Assembly (NCBI GenBank): GCA_036339875.1
Contig: JAYZAC010000095.1
Span: 14,226-78,225, forward strand
Length of the DNA: 64,000 nt
Direction: 5' to 3'
Source: a bacterium
GTDB taxonomy: Bacteria; Muiribacteriota; UBA6191
The notes below the pieces were generated by a model. That model was not told the origin of the DNA and ran no database searches. It saw only the letters and a program-made list of their open reading frames with translations. Within the stretch, counting starts at the first letter, position 1, and every line of letters begins with the position of its first letter. Made by a program: the position numbers and the translations under genes. Positions 38,767-49,153 of this stretch are shown in pieces.

Positions 38767-39741
38767 ATGAATACTAATATTGAATCTACCAAGCAAGCGT
38801 TTTTCAAAGAACTTGAGCAGAGTAAAAGTATCGATGAGCTACTACGATTTAAAGGAGCCTACTTAGGGAAACAAGGTCAAATTAGTTCATTACTAGCCCA
38901 AATTAAGGAAGTTAAACCAGAAAAACGTGGAGAATTTGGACAGGCCGTTAATCAACTTAAAAAAGAAGCTACAGCCGCTTTTCAAAAAAAGAAAGCAGAG
39001 TTGGAGCAAGTTAAATCAAATATAGATAAAGTGGACCTGAGTATGCCAGGTACAGGATGTCCATCAGGAAATTTGCATCCTCTAACTCAAACTACAGAGC
39101 AAGTAATCAAAATCTTCAAAAAGTTAGGTTTTAGCGTAGAGTCTGGACCTGAAATTGAATCTGACTTCTACAATTTTGAGGCATTGAATATGCCCAAGCA
39201 TCATCCGGCACGCGATATGCAGGATACCTTTTTTATTGACTCTAATCATGTACTGCGTACTCATACTTCGGGTATACAAATTCGTACTATGGAAAAACAG
39301 GAACCACCAATTCGTATTATTGCACCGGGTAAAGTATTCCGTGTTGATAGAGACACCACTCACTCGCCAGTTTTTCATCAAATTGAAGGTCTAATGGTTG
39401 ACACTGATGTAAATTTTAAACACTTGAAATTTATGCTTAGAACCTTTATCCAAGAACTTTTTGGTTCCGACCGAGAAGTCAGATTTCGTCCTAGCTTCTT
39501 CCCTTTCACGGAACCATCTGCTGAGATGGACGTGATGTCAGAGCAAGGACAATGGATGGAAATTCTGGGTTGTGGAATGGTTGATCCGAATGTTTTCAAA
39601 GCCGTTGGAATTGACTCAAATAAATATACTGGCTGGGCTTTTGGGATTGGAATTGAACGCATTACAATGCTTAAATATGGCATGACTGATATCCGGCCCT
39701 TTTTTGAAAACGATACTCGCTTTCTTAGGCAATTCATTTAG
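38767..39741 (+). CDS. pheS: Phenylalanine-tRNA ligase alpha subunit
   Basis: G.LHPL, NFEALN.P.HHPARDMQDTF, LRTHTS, FRPSFFPFTEPS, AFGIGIER, NDTRFL.QF. Confidence 0.99.
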   Translation: MNTNIESTKQAFFKELEQSKSIDELLRFKGAYLGKQGQISSLLAQIKEVKPEKRGEFGQAVNQLKKEATAAFQKKKAELEQVKSNIDKVDLSMPGTGCPSGNLHPLTQTTEQVIKIFKKLGFSVESGPEIESDFYNFEALNMPKHHPARDMQDTFFIDSNHVLRTHTSGIQIRTMEKQEPPIRIIAPGKVFRVDRDTTHSPVFHQIEGLMVDTDVNFKHLKFMLRTFIQELFGSDREVRFRPSFFPFTEPSAEMDVMSEQGQWMEILGCGMVDPNVFKAVGIDSNKYTGWAFGIGIERITMLKYGMTDIRPFFENDTRFLRQFI

Positions 39742-39749
39742 GAGGAGAT

Positions 39750-40736
39750 ATGTATCTTGGCATAGACTTAGGCGGCACAAAAACGGCCATCGGACTCGTA
39801 GAAAATAATGGCCTAATAAAACAACGCCATTCTTTCCCTTCGATAGCCAACGATTTTGAGGAATATTACGAGTCACTTGAAAATCAAATCGAGTTATTTT
39901 TCAATAAACACAAACTCAATATCGATCAGGTAAAAGCTGTAGGGGTTGGATGTGCTGGACAAATTGAACTGTCGTCTGGAACTATATTCCATTCCCCTAA
40001 TCTAAATTGGTCAAACGCACCATTGGGAAACAAATTACGCAAAACCTTCGTTAATGCGAGTGTAACTGTGGATAATGATGTGCGAGCTGCTACACTGGGA
40101 GAATATCTATTTGGTCTTTCAAGTAGACCTACAGTTTACATAAATATATTTTTAGGCACTGGGATTGGCTCGGGAATAATCATTGGTGACCGAATTTTAC
40201 GCGGGTATACTAACTCAGCGGGTGAATTAGGATTGACAAGTATTGATTTCAGCGGTCCTCGACACTCGTCCGGTAATCGTGGTGTTTACGAATATTACGG
40301 AAGTGGTACGGCGCTGGAGCGTTATGGACGCGAGCTTGCTCAATCGCAGTTAGAAGAGAATCCTAGACAACTGGGCGGTAATAGAATCTGCGATAAAACT
40401 GAATCGATTGAAGCTATAACTGGAAAATATGTCGGAGATTTAGCTGCTGATGGAAATACCGATGCAATCATGCTTGTTAAGAAAGTCGCTCAATATATCG
40501 GTGCTGGTATGGCGAATGTAATTAATTTCTTGAATCCTCAGGTAATAACCTATGGAGGGGGTTTAGCTGAAGTCGGTCCTATACTAACGGATACTATCTT
40601 GGAAACTGTAAAGGAAAGAGCTATTTCTACTGCTTATGAAAAAACCGATATTCTGAAGGCCAACTTAGGTAATGATGCCGGCATCATAGGTGCAGCATTC
40701 TTACATCGCGTTAACGAATCGGGAGAGATCTCTTAG
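39750..40736 (+). CDS. ROK family sugar kinase (glucokinase-like) lacking the Cys/His zinc motif
   Basis: GIDLGGTK, NDVRAA..GE, GTGIGSG, AGELG, LNP..I..GGG, LGNDAGIIGA. Confidence 0.9.
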   Translation: MYLGIDLGGTKTAIGLVENNGLIKQRHSFPSIANDFEEYYESLENQIELFFNKHKLNIDQVKAVGVGCAGQIELSSGTIFHSPNLNWSNAPLGNKLRKTFVNASVTVDNDVRAATLGEYLFGLSSRPTVYINIFLGTGIGSGIIIGDRILRGYTNSAGELGLTSIDFSGPRHSSGNRGVYEYYGSGTALERYGRELAQSQLEENPRQLGGNRICDKTESIEAITGKYVGDLAADGNTDAIMLVKKVAQYIGAGMANVINFLNPQVITYGGGLAEVGPILTDTILETVKERAISTAYEKTDILKANLGNDAGIIGAAFLHRVNESGEIS

Positions 40737-41699
40737 ATGAGTGAAGTACCCAAGACTTTGTGGATTTTGGATCTAGGCTCTTGGGCAGTGCGCCTGTTAA
40801 AGGTGCAAGCTCTAAATGGTGAACTCGTCAATTGGGAATCTTTCGACCACGTGCACCAAATAAGTATTAATAATACTTTAAACTTTCAGCAAAACTATTT
40901 AAAGCAACTTCCTGGTGCGCTTGATCGACTGATTGAAAGATCTAATGTCAATGGTCCGATTCATGTCTTACTCCCATCAAGTATTTTTACCTATGATTTC
41001 GGTTCTCAATATGAAAGTAACTTACTTTTACAGCTTGATGAGAATATCCGTCAAAAAATTAACCTGATGCTTGCGAAGAAAGGCCTAGAGGCCGCTTTTC
41101 TTGGATCCGGAATTTGTGCAGAAATCGAATATCTATGTAATAAAGAATTCGATCGATCTCAGAGAAATTTTCTGTTTTCAATCAACTATTCATCAAGCTA
41201 CTTTGCAGAAATCATAGATGGTTCATTGAGTCGTTTCTGGCAAGACACATCCATCAATGGCATGCAATTAGACTCGATGATGCGAGACAAAATAAATTGT
41301 CCAGATTCAACTAAATCTATCCTCGATTGGAAAAAAAACGAATTTGCGCTACTACCTGTATTTCGGCCAATCCAAGAAAGACTTTCTGAATTTGAGGTTT
41401 TGAAAGATTTTTTATCGATTGTAGATTTACAGCTTAACCAATGGGAAACTGCCGATATTGATTCGACTATCTATCTTAGTGGTGGAGTTACCCAGTTAAG
41501 GAACCTTGACGCATACTTAGAGGGTACTAGAACAAACCAATATGAGTCGTTTTGTACAAGTTTTTTCAAAGAATGGCTTGAGAATACAACGCTGGGCTCC
41601 GACAATCAAAATGGATGGGCATCATGTTTTGCACATGCTGGGCTCATTCTTCAGCGGGAGAAAGCAAATGTCGAGTCGCGTAAAAGAAGATCAAGCTAA
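40737..41699 (+). CDS. Degenerate actin-fold protein, PilM/FtsA-like
   Basis: N-terminal ILDLGS.AVR and C-terminal IYLSGG..QL.NL..YL match PilM-type phosphate-1 and adenosine motifs; the middle is divergent. Confidence 0.55.
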   Translation: MSEVPKTLWILDLGSWAVRLLKVQALNGELVNWESFDHVHQISINNTLNFQQNYLKQLPGALDRLIERSNVNGPIHVLLPSSIFTYDFGSQYESNLLLQLDENIRQKINLMLAKKGLEAAFLGSGICAEIEYLCNKEFDRSQRNFLFSINYSSSYFAEIIDGSLSRFWQDTSINGMQLDSMMRDKINCPDSTKSILDWKKNEFALLPVFRPIQERLSEFEVLKDFLSIVDLQLNQWETADIDSTIYLSGGVTQLRNLDAYLEGTRTNQYESFCTSFFKEWLENTTLGSDNQNGWASCFAHAGLILQREKANVESRKRRSS

Positions 41700-41835
41700 T
41701 AAACAAGACTGGAGCCACTATGGCCTCCACCACAACTTTAATAGTCAACAAAATAAACGTAAACAATACGAATTCACGGCATTTTTGACTGTAGCTTTGA
41801 TGGTCTGTTTTTTTACAGGCTACTACTTCTTGTAG
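41668..41835 (+). CDS. Small (55 aa) protein with C-terminal membrane anchor
   Basis: GGGAG RBS, ATG 41668; ends FTAFLTVALMVCFFTGYYFL; fills the gap in the operon. Confidence 0.55.
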   Translation: MSSRVKEDQANKQDWSHYGLHHNFNSQQNKRKQYEFTAFLTVALMVCFFTGYYFL

Positions 41836-41843
41836 GAGATTAA

Positions 41844-42950
41844 ATGGGCTTAAATACCCTACAACTTGAATTTGAAATTCAGAAAATTCTATACAAAGGC
41901 AATACTAAATTAGTTATTTATGGTCTACAGATAGCGCGTGAATTTAATATTTCAATACGTAAAGAAATAATAGAAAGCTTATTAAAATCTCCCTCTATAG
42001 AGGAAACACAAGCACTATTGCAATATCTTGTAGTACAGGAACCTTCCTCAATTTTTGATTACTGTCTAGTAATTATAGAGCAATTTCCTGATCTCAGAGC
42101 TGATCTGGCAATCAAGGTTCTATTACTACCAAATATCCAGGCGCCCAATAACTCTCAAATAAAAAGAATTCTGACATTAATTAGTCGTAATGAAAACGAT
42201 ATGCAGACTTCATCCCTAATCAAAATACTTCATAATGCATCGGAGCAAATACCATTAAAATGGTTTGCTGCAATCCTCGAACACCGTAATTCAGAAGTAA
42301 GGATTGAGAGCACCCGCTTGATGGCTATTACAGCTAGAGAAGAATTACGTGAACTTTTGATTAAAGCCTGGAATAAGGAAGATAGGGGTAAACCATGGGC
42401 AGGTGTAGGTCTTTGGAAACTCGGTGATCCTAGATTCTTAAAATATGTAGAAAAAAACCGAACATCAATTAAGTTACTAGCGTACTGCGGTCAAGATCCT
42501 CAAATTATCGAGATACTACGGTCCGAATTATTAAACTCTAATTGTCTCGAGGCGGCCTGGGCACTGCAAAAACTAGAAAATACTCAATCTGTACCTATAA
42601 TTTTAGATAACAGTTTAGAAAAAGCTGGAACCGTTTTAGGTCTAAGTTTGTTTAATTTAGCTGAATCTATGGACTCAGAATATTGTATGAATACTCTTCA
42701 GCGAGCTATTGAACTGGAAGAAGTAAATATTAAAAAAAACAACTCACTGAGCAAACTTACTCAATTAGCACTCAGTACCCCTATTGCAATGGAACTAGAA
42801 AATAAATTAGCTCATCAAAAAATTCCAGAAAATAAAAAACAAGCTCTTGAATTAAACAATCTCAACCAAATTGAACGCTGGCTAGCGCCCTTAATCTGGA
42901 AAAAATGGTCTGAAAGTAGAGATTACTTACCATCTCACATACCATGTTAA
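41844..42950 (+). CDS. HEAT-repeat-like helical protein
   Basis: GGAG RBS; L.H....VRIE, A..LWKLGDP, EAAWAL.KL. Confidence 0.75.
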   Translation: MGLNTLQLEFEIQKILYKGNTKLVIYGLQIAREFNISIRKEIIESLLKSPSIEETQALLQYLVVQEPSSIFDYCLVIIEQFPDLRADLAIKVLLLPNIQAPNNSQIKRILTLISRNENDMQTSSLIKILHNASEQIPLKWFAAILEHRNSEVRIESTRLMAITAREELRELLIKAWNKEDRGKPWAGVGLWKLGDPRFLKYVEKNRTSIKLLAYCGQDPQIIEILRSELLNSNCLEAAWALQKLENTQSVPIILDNSLEKAGTVLGLSLFNLAESMDSEYCMNTLQRAIELEEVNIKKNNSLSKLTQLALSTPIAMELENKLAHQKIPENKKQALELNNLNQIERWLAPLIWKKWSESRDYLPSHIPC

Positions 42951-42954
42951 TATA

Positions 42955-43794
42955 ATGCCTACTGTAGCAGATTTACATTCACACAGCATATATAGTGACG
43001 GTTCACTAACGCTCGATTCCGTTACAGAAACAATAAGAAATCGTCATTTGAGCGCCTTTTCAGTTACGGACCATGACAGTCTCGAGTTTTACGGTCAAAA
43101 CATACCACCTGATATCAAGAAACGACTGATACCAGGAACGGAGCTAAGTACTCATTTCAACAATCAATCTGTTCATCTTCTCGTCTACTGCTCATGGCCA
43201 ATACCACAAACGTTTCGCAAATTAGTGAAGGAATTTGCAAGCTATAGAAAAAATCGTTACCAACGAATCTGTCGGGATCTTGCCAAAACTTATCCTGAAT
43301 GGAATTGGCATATCTCAGACCAGCAATCTAATTTTACAAGTAGGGCGTTATGCCAATTCATATCTGAGAAGACTGGAAATAGGTCCTTGAGATCCATTTA
43401 TGACAATTATTTATCAAACATCAACATGGGCTATCAAGAATTCCCTGAATTAAGCGAATTACTTTTACGCCTAAAAAATATTGATACGGTTAAAAGCTTC
43501 ATCGCTCATCCAGGTCATCGCGGTAAAACTTGGGAGTCCTTTTGGGCTCAATGGAAAGACTTAGGTCTTAGCGGCTTAGAATTAATTCATCCTACTCATA
43601 AAAAAAGTTTGAGAAATTATTATAAAAAAATTCTCAGACGAGAAGGTTTAGTTGCCTCAGGGGGTAGTGACTTTCATTTCCCTAGAGGTGGCTCTGCGGG
43701 TCCAGGACGAATGGGACTAGATCAGAATCAATGGCAAAATTTCAAACAACAATGTGAAGTTCTTTGTTCGAAGAATTCCTACACCAAAAATTGA
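42955..43794 (+). CDS. PHP domain phosphoesterase (YciV/TrpH-like)
   Basis: DLHSHS..SDG, TDHD, G.ELS, VHLL, AHP, GGSDFH. Confidence 0.92.
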   Translation: MPTVADLHSHSIYSDGSLTLDSVTETIRNRHLSAFSVTDHDSLEFYGQNIPPDIKKRLIPGTELSTHFNNQSVHLLVYCSWPIPQTFRKLVKEFASYRKNRYQRICRDLAKTYPEWNWHISDQQSNFTSRALCQFISEKTGNRSLRSIYDNYLSNINMGYQEFPELSELLLRLKNIDTVKSFIAHPGHRGKTWESFWAQWKDLGLSGLELIHPTHKKSLRNYYKKILRREGLVASGGSDFHFPRGGSAGPGRMGLDQNQWQNFKQQCEVLCSKNSYTKN

Positions 43795-43809
43795 TCTAGA
43801 ATTGCTACA

Positions 43810-46290
43810 ATGAGCCAAACTATTTCAAAAATGAATAAATTAAATATAACCCTAAAGCTAATAATTCTTTTTTACGCACTTCAAAGTGCTAGCTATGCCA
43901 GTTTCAGAAAAGGCGTAGAGTTCTTTGACATGGCTCGCTACAGAGATTCAATGAAAGCCTTTAAAGCTTCCATCAAAAGCAAAGAAGAAATTGGAAATTC
44001 CTATGCATATTTAGGTCGAATTTATTTGAGATCTCGTGAGTACCACAAGGCATATAAAGCCTTTATAAGAGCGGTTAAATCAAACTCTAATAGCAAAAGA
44101 CTGTTAGATGATTTAGGTAAATGCTTGGATAAACTTCGGGGAATAATGGAGCTACCAGAGTTTATCAAATTATATAAAGACACCTATAAAAGCGGTGTAT
44201 ACCCCGCACCTGTAATCTACTATCTGATAAACAATCTCCATAAGCGCGGAGAATATGAAAAAATATTAAATATTTATGAAAATATAAGTCAAGAGCCAAG
44301 TTTTCGATTAGGCCAGCAAAGCATACCACAAAGTATGAGTTCAATATATTTCCACTTAGCTACCTCACATTTGAATCATTCAGGTAATACCGAACTAGCT
44401 CTGCAATTTGCAACAAAAAGTCTTAGATTGGACCCCCTCAATGAAGTAGTTAAAAAATTCCATAACAATTTATTGGAGTCACAAAACAAGAAAATTTTTC
44501 AATTACTTAATAAAGCTAATAAACACTTTAATGACCGGAATTTCGATAGTGCTCAAGAACTCTACAATCAGATACTCGAACTAAACCCCGGACACCTATC
44601 TGCTTCAACAAATTTAGAAAAATGTAAATTGGCTCGTAACAGTTATGCAAACTTGAAGGAAGCCCGTAAATTATTGGAGCAGAACCGCCACGAGGCTGCA
44701 TTAAAAAAAATTAGATATGCCATTATGGCTTACTCTGAAAATTATGAGGCTGTAAACTTACAAAAGGAAACTGAAGCCAAAATCCTGAAAAAACTCAACA
44801 TTAAAGCTCGCCAAGAAGAAGTAAGACAAGAAAGAGAAAAGCGATATTTTTCGTTCCTTAGCCAAGCTAGTAATTTATTAAACATTAACCTTTTTGAAGA
44901 TGCTATCGAACTACTCAATGAAGCTAAGTCAATTAGGCCAGAATCGAAACGAGTTAGCTCTCTAATCATTGAAGCAAAAACTAAAAAGAAACAGTTCGAA
45001 GAATATAAAGCTGCACTTCAGAATTTTGAATCCAAAAAATGGAATGTTGCACTCGAAGGTTTTTCAAAAGCGAAAAAAACGCAATTAAATTTGAATGACC
45101 TTGAAAGTTTGATCATAGAATGTCACTACAGGCTATCAAATTATAATGAAGCTATTAAACTTTCGAAAGATTACCTAAATTTGCATACTGACAATCGAGA
45201 AATCTTATATTTCCTTGGTCGCTCATATGAGTCTTTAATAATCGAAAATAATGATAATCGAGAATCTGCGATGCGGGTTTATAAAAAGTTAATCACCGTT
45301 GAAAAGAACTACCTAGATACTGAAAGTAGGCTCAATCGATTGCAACGGGATAAATGGGTTCCTGTATTCTTCGTTTTACTAGTTAGCCTCATTTTTATAA
45401 TGTTATTTGTTTGGCTTTACAAAACACGCAAAATTCGGGCCAAATACGCCTATATGTCAAAGATCGATAAACTTCTTAACACTAAAAGCTACGTAGAGCT
45501 AGTTGAGATTTTTGAAAACTTCTTCAGCATAGACTTTACGATGAAAGAAACTCTTAAATATATCCCAACTTTTATGCTAGCAATGGTCGAAACCGGTCGT
45601 TTCGATCAATGTCTAAACTTGGGCCCAAAAGTTTTAAGCGTAATGCCTGAGCATCGACAAGCCAAAGTTCTTATGGGTAGAGCACACTATCAGAAAGGTA
45701 AAATAGACCCCTCAACAATCAAATTCTATCTCGCACTGCTTGATTCGGAATACATCAACAATGAAGTAATTTCTTGGGCTGGAAAAAAAATCATAGAACT
45801 GGATATTAATAAAAAAGAATGTATTCCAATCATGAAAGCATTTAATGCCCTACACCCCGAAAACCACGAATGTCGAAAATTACTGATAGAACATCTTGAT
45901 AAAGAGAAGATAATCACTCCTCAATTACAAAAAGTTCTGGAGATGGAAATAAAGCACAACAAATCAGATACGCGCTGTCGCATTCGCTTAGCGGAATATT
46001 TCCTCAAAAAGAAAAAACTAGATGATTGCGTTAGATTGTGTGAAGAGGTAATTAATTTAGATATAAATGATAAAAAATTACACCCTATTCTATATGCTGC
46101 TTATGAAGCAATGAATGACCTTGATGCTTTGCGCCCGCTTTATGAATCTTTATTACAAATATATCCTAACTCAATTACTCTTCAAGAAGCTCAAAATAAG
46201 ATTTTACTTGCGACAGGAGAAACGGTAATGTCACAAACCAAGCTAAATTCTTATCAAAATAACGAAGAAGATAACTCAGGAGTTAGCTAA
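43810..46290 (+). CDS. Bitopic TPR protein (signal - TPR - TM - TPR)
   Basis: Signal peptide, TPR units, internal TM WVPVFFVLLVSLIFIMLFVWLY followed by basic residues, further TPR-like helices. Confidence 0.85.
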   Translation: MSQTISKMNKLNITLKLIILFYALQSASYASFRKGVEFFDMARYRDSMKAFKASIKSKEEIGNSYAYLGRIYLRSREYHKAYKAFIRAVKSNSNSKRLLDDLGKCLDKLRGIMELPEFIKLYKDTYKSGVYPAPVIYYLINNLHKRGEYEKILNIYENISQEPSFRLGQQSIPQSMSSIYFHLATSHLNHSGNTELALQFATKSLRLDPLNEVVKKFHNNLLESQNKKIFQLLNKANKHFNDRNFDSAQELYNQILELNPGHLSASTNLEKCKLARNSYANLKEARKLLEQNRHEAALKKIRYAIMAYSENYEAVNLQKETEAKILKKLNIKARQEEVRQEREKRYFSFLSQASNLLNINLFEDAIELLNEAKSIRPESKRVSSLIIEAKTKKKQFEEYKAALQNFESKKWNVALEGFSKAKKTQLNLNDLESLIIECHYRLSNYNEAIKLSKDYLNLHTDNREILYFLGRSYESLIIENNDNRESAMRVYKKLITVEKNYLDTESRLNRLQRDKWVPVFFVLLVSLIFIMLFVWLYKTRKIRAKYAYMSKIDKLLNTKSYVELVEIFENFFSIDFTMKETLKYIPTFMLAMVETGRFDQCLNLGPKVLSVMPEHRQAKVLMGRAHYQKGKIDPSTIKFYLALLDSEYINNEVISWAGKKIIELDINKKECIPIMKAFNALHPENHECRKLLIEHLDKEKIITPQLQKVLEMEIKHNKSDTRCRIRLAEYFLKKKKLDDCVRLCEEVINLDINDKKLHPILYAAYEAMNDLDALRPLYESLLQIYPNSITLQEAQNKILLATGETVMSQTKLNSYQNNEEDNSGVS

Positions 46291-46299
46291 ACTCAGACT

Positions 46300-49059
46300 A
46301 TGTATATTTACGCTGTTATTCTTTTCTGTATTTTGCAACTTTCAGCAGTAACAGGTTTCGCGAGTAATTCTGAAAATCCAAATTATCTCATCGGACAACA
46401 GTTTTTCCTGAAAGGTAATTTCGACAAAGCTAGAAAACATTTTGAAAGATCATTAGTTTACGACCCTAATCATGCTCCGTCTCATTATGCTATCGCCAAG
46501 ATACATTTTTTATCTAAAAGCCCTGTTTTAGCTTTTGAATTTTTTCGTAATACCTTATCTCTACAGAAAAATTATAAAGATGCAGCGGCACTCTTTAACG
46601 AAACACTTGAGTCTATTAGTAAAAATTATGACCGGCGTAGTAAAAACCCTAGAATACTAAGTGCGCAAATATATTTAGACTTCAAGGCGGGTCGTATTGA
46701 TGTTGCCAAACGGCAAATTGACCGATTAATTAAATTACATCCAGAATTTGCCATGGGCTGGGACCATTTAGCTAACTATTTTTACCGACAGAAAGACCTT
46801 AATCAAGCACTCCGCTATTTAAAGAAAGCACTTAGTCTTGAACCTACTAATCCAACAATATTTAAGCACTATGAATCTACTTACTATCTTAAGAATCATG
46901 AAATAGTCCCTAAGAACAATGAAATAACCTCCGCTAATAAAAAGTCTTCTAATGAATCGATAGAAAATGCTCTAATAGACAAATTCATTGCAAAAGAAAT
47001 GTTAAAGAAGGAAAGCTTAAGAGCTAATAACATTGATCTCACAGAAACCCCTCTGCCTGAGCCTCAACAAATCACTTCAGCAAATGATAATAAATTTTTC
47101 AACAAACTACTTTCTAAGCAAAGTAAGTTAATTCCCCCAAAAGAAAAGAAAAATAATACAACGAATAATCCATCTAAAAAAAGTCTTAAAAAGATATACG
47201 AACCAATACCTGTAGCTAAAATTGATAGAGATATAGAAAAAATAGATCTAATTGAAAGAGCCCAGAAAGCTTACGATGAAAAAGATTGGGTTGTCGCAGC
47301 GACCTCTTATGGAATTTTGCAAGAAAACAATCCAAGAGAAAAATTATTCAATCAACGTTTCGAAGAATCTAAAAAATTTGATCAATTTGAACGTAAATTC
47401 CGTAAAGCTCGCCTATTAATGAAAAGAGGGAGCAAGAATCCAAACCAGCTTAACCAAGCGAAAGAAGAGTTCAGAAAATTAGATACACGCACTTATCACA
47501 AACTTTACGAAAAAAGTAGTTTTGATAACTATCTTGCGTCGATCGCATTTACTCAAAAGAATTTTGAAGAGGCTGAGTCATTGTTTAGTGCATGGCTACG
47601 ACACCAACCTAACGATTTAAATAGTCACTACTATTTACTACTTTGTCTAGATATTCTACAAAAGCATGACGCTAGCTTCGAAATCTATGAGTCAGCAATT
47701 AGAATCGACCGTGAAAAGTTTTTAAGCCTTAAAGGCGTAAAAAGGATCAGACTAAAACTTTATCTCTTTCGTTACTGGTGGATATTATTCGTGATTTTAG
47801 GTATCTGGGGCGTTATAACTGCTGGATATGCTAGTGTTAAATTTAAGAAAAGGCGTGAGAGGTCAGATCGAAAAAACAAACTACAAAATATACGAAATTT
47901 GGGTGCCGATAAAAATTGGTTGGAAATGATTAGAGCTATAGATAAATTACTCTTGGACATCACGAGTGAATCTGAAAACTATAATCTTCAATATATGCGG
48001 GCTAACGCTCTATATCAGTCCTCTCAATTGATTGACGCAGAACGACAGATAGAATCACTAATCACTAAAAATCCAAATGATCAGCAACTACTTGTCCTCA
48101 AAGGAAAAATTTTATTAGATCAAAAGCGAACAGACTTAGAAGCATTAGAACCATATCGCTTACTGATCATCAAAGACCCCTCAAATACGGATTTAATGAA
48201 AACATTGCTTCAAACACTTAAGCGACACAATATTTTCACAGATGAAACTGAATCGGTAGCGTTAAGGATACTTGAAATTGAAAGTTATAATAAGGAAACT
48301 TTGAAAGACCTCACTGAAATCTATGTGAAATCCGAAACCTACCACTTGAAAAGTTGCGAAATCATGCGTAGATACTTGGAAATATTTACGGGAGAATCAC
48401 TAGTACTATTACATTATGTAAAAGCATTAGTCCGTACGGAAAATTACATCGAAGCTATTCGTAACGGAAAAAAGCTTGTGGACATCAATCCCGATATTGA
48501 AGAGGCACACAGACAGCTTATTGAGGCCTTTGACCGATTAAATATGCGCGATGAAATGAATGCTTATTACAATAATTTGAGTCTTGAATTTGGCTCATCG
48601 AAAGTAGTACAGCAAATGTACAATATGATACAGACCACATATAGAGCCTCGGGCTTAGATAGAGAACAAGATACAAATGAACAGAAATTAGAAATAACAG
48701 AAATTGCATTCAAAGAAGGTCTACATTTACTAGAAAAAAAAGCTTATAAAGAGGCAACTCTAAAATTTCAAACTGCAGCTGTTGAGCAAAGGTTTAATCT
48801 AAGAAGTCAAATTCTTTCAATAAAAGCGAGTTTAGCTTTGGATGATTTTGAATCAGCATGTTTTTATTTCGATAAACTAAATTTACAAGATAATCGGTTA
48901 GATGCAGAAGCTTTAGAGACCTTATATGCTATGGCTACTCGCTATTGCTTAGAAAACAAAAAATCAGAAGCCTTAAAGTTATTTCAGTTAATAGCCAAAA
49001 ATGATATTAGCTTCGGAGATGTGATCCATCAAATAGATCTTTTATCTTCTGAGAATTAG
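46300..49059 (+). CDS. Bitopic TPR protein (signal - TPR - TM - TPR), apparent paralog of 43810..46290
   Basis: Signal peptide, TPRs, TM YWWILFVILGIWGVITAGY followed by KFKKRR, C-terminal TPRs. Confidence 0.85.
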   Translation: MYIYAVILFCILQLSAVTGFASNSENPNYLIGQQFFLKGNFDKARKHFERSLVYDPNHAPSHYAIAKIHFLSKSPVLAFEFFRNTLSLQKNYKDAAALFNETLESISKNYDRRSKNPRILSAQIYLDFKAGRIDVAKRQIDRLIKLHPEFAMGWDHLANYFYRQKDLNQALRYLKKALSLEPTNPTIFKHYESTYYLKNHEIVPKNNEITSANKKSSNESIENALIDKFIAKEMLKKESLRANNIDLTETPLPEPQQITSANDNKFFNKLLSKQSKLIPPKEKKNNTTNNPSKKSLKKIYEPIPVAKIDRDIEKIDLIERAQKAYDEKDWVVAATSYGILQENNPREKLFNQRFEESKKFDQFERKFRKARLLMKRGSKNPNQLNQAKEEFRKLDTRTYHKLYEKSSFDNYLASIAFTQKNFEEAESLFSAWLRHQPNDLNSHYYLLLCLDILQKHDASFEIYESAIRIDREKFLSLKGVKRIRLKLYLFRYWWILFVILGIWGVITAGYASVKFKKRRERSDRKNKLQNIRNLGADKNWLEMIRAIDKLLLDITSESENYNLQYMRANALYQSSQLIDAERQIESLITKNPNDQQLLVLKGKILLDQKRTDLEALEPYRLLIIKDPSNTDLMKTLLQTLKRHNIFTDETESVALRILEIESYNKETLKDLTEIYVKSETYHLKSCEIMRRYLEIFTGESLVLLHYVKALVRTENYIEAIRNGKKLVDINPDIEEAHRQLIEAFDRLNMRDEMNAYYNNLSLEFGSSKVVQQMYNMIQTTYRASGLDREQDTNEQKLEITEIAFKEGLHLLEKKAYKEATLKFQTAAVEQRFNLRSQILSIKASLALDDFESACFYFDKLNLQDNRLDAEALETLYAMATRYCLENKKSEALKLFQLIAKNDISFGDVIHQIDLLSSEN

Positions 49060-49153
49060 TCATTAGAAAAATATTCATTCAAATTCTCCCAATTAAGTTA
49101 CTTTTTGTAACTTTAGTATCACCAATATTTTCAAAGTAGACGAACTAATAAGC

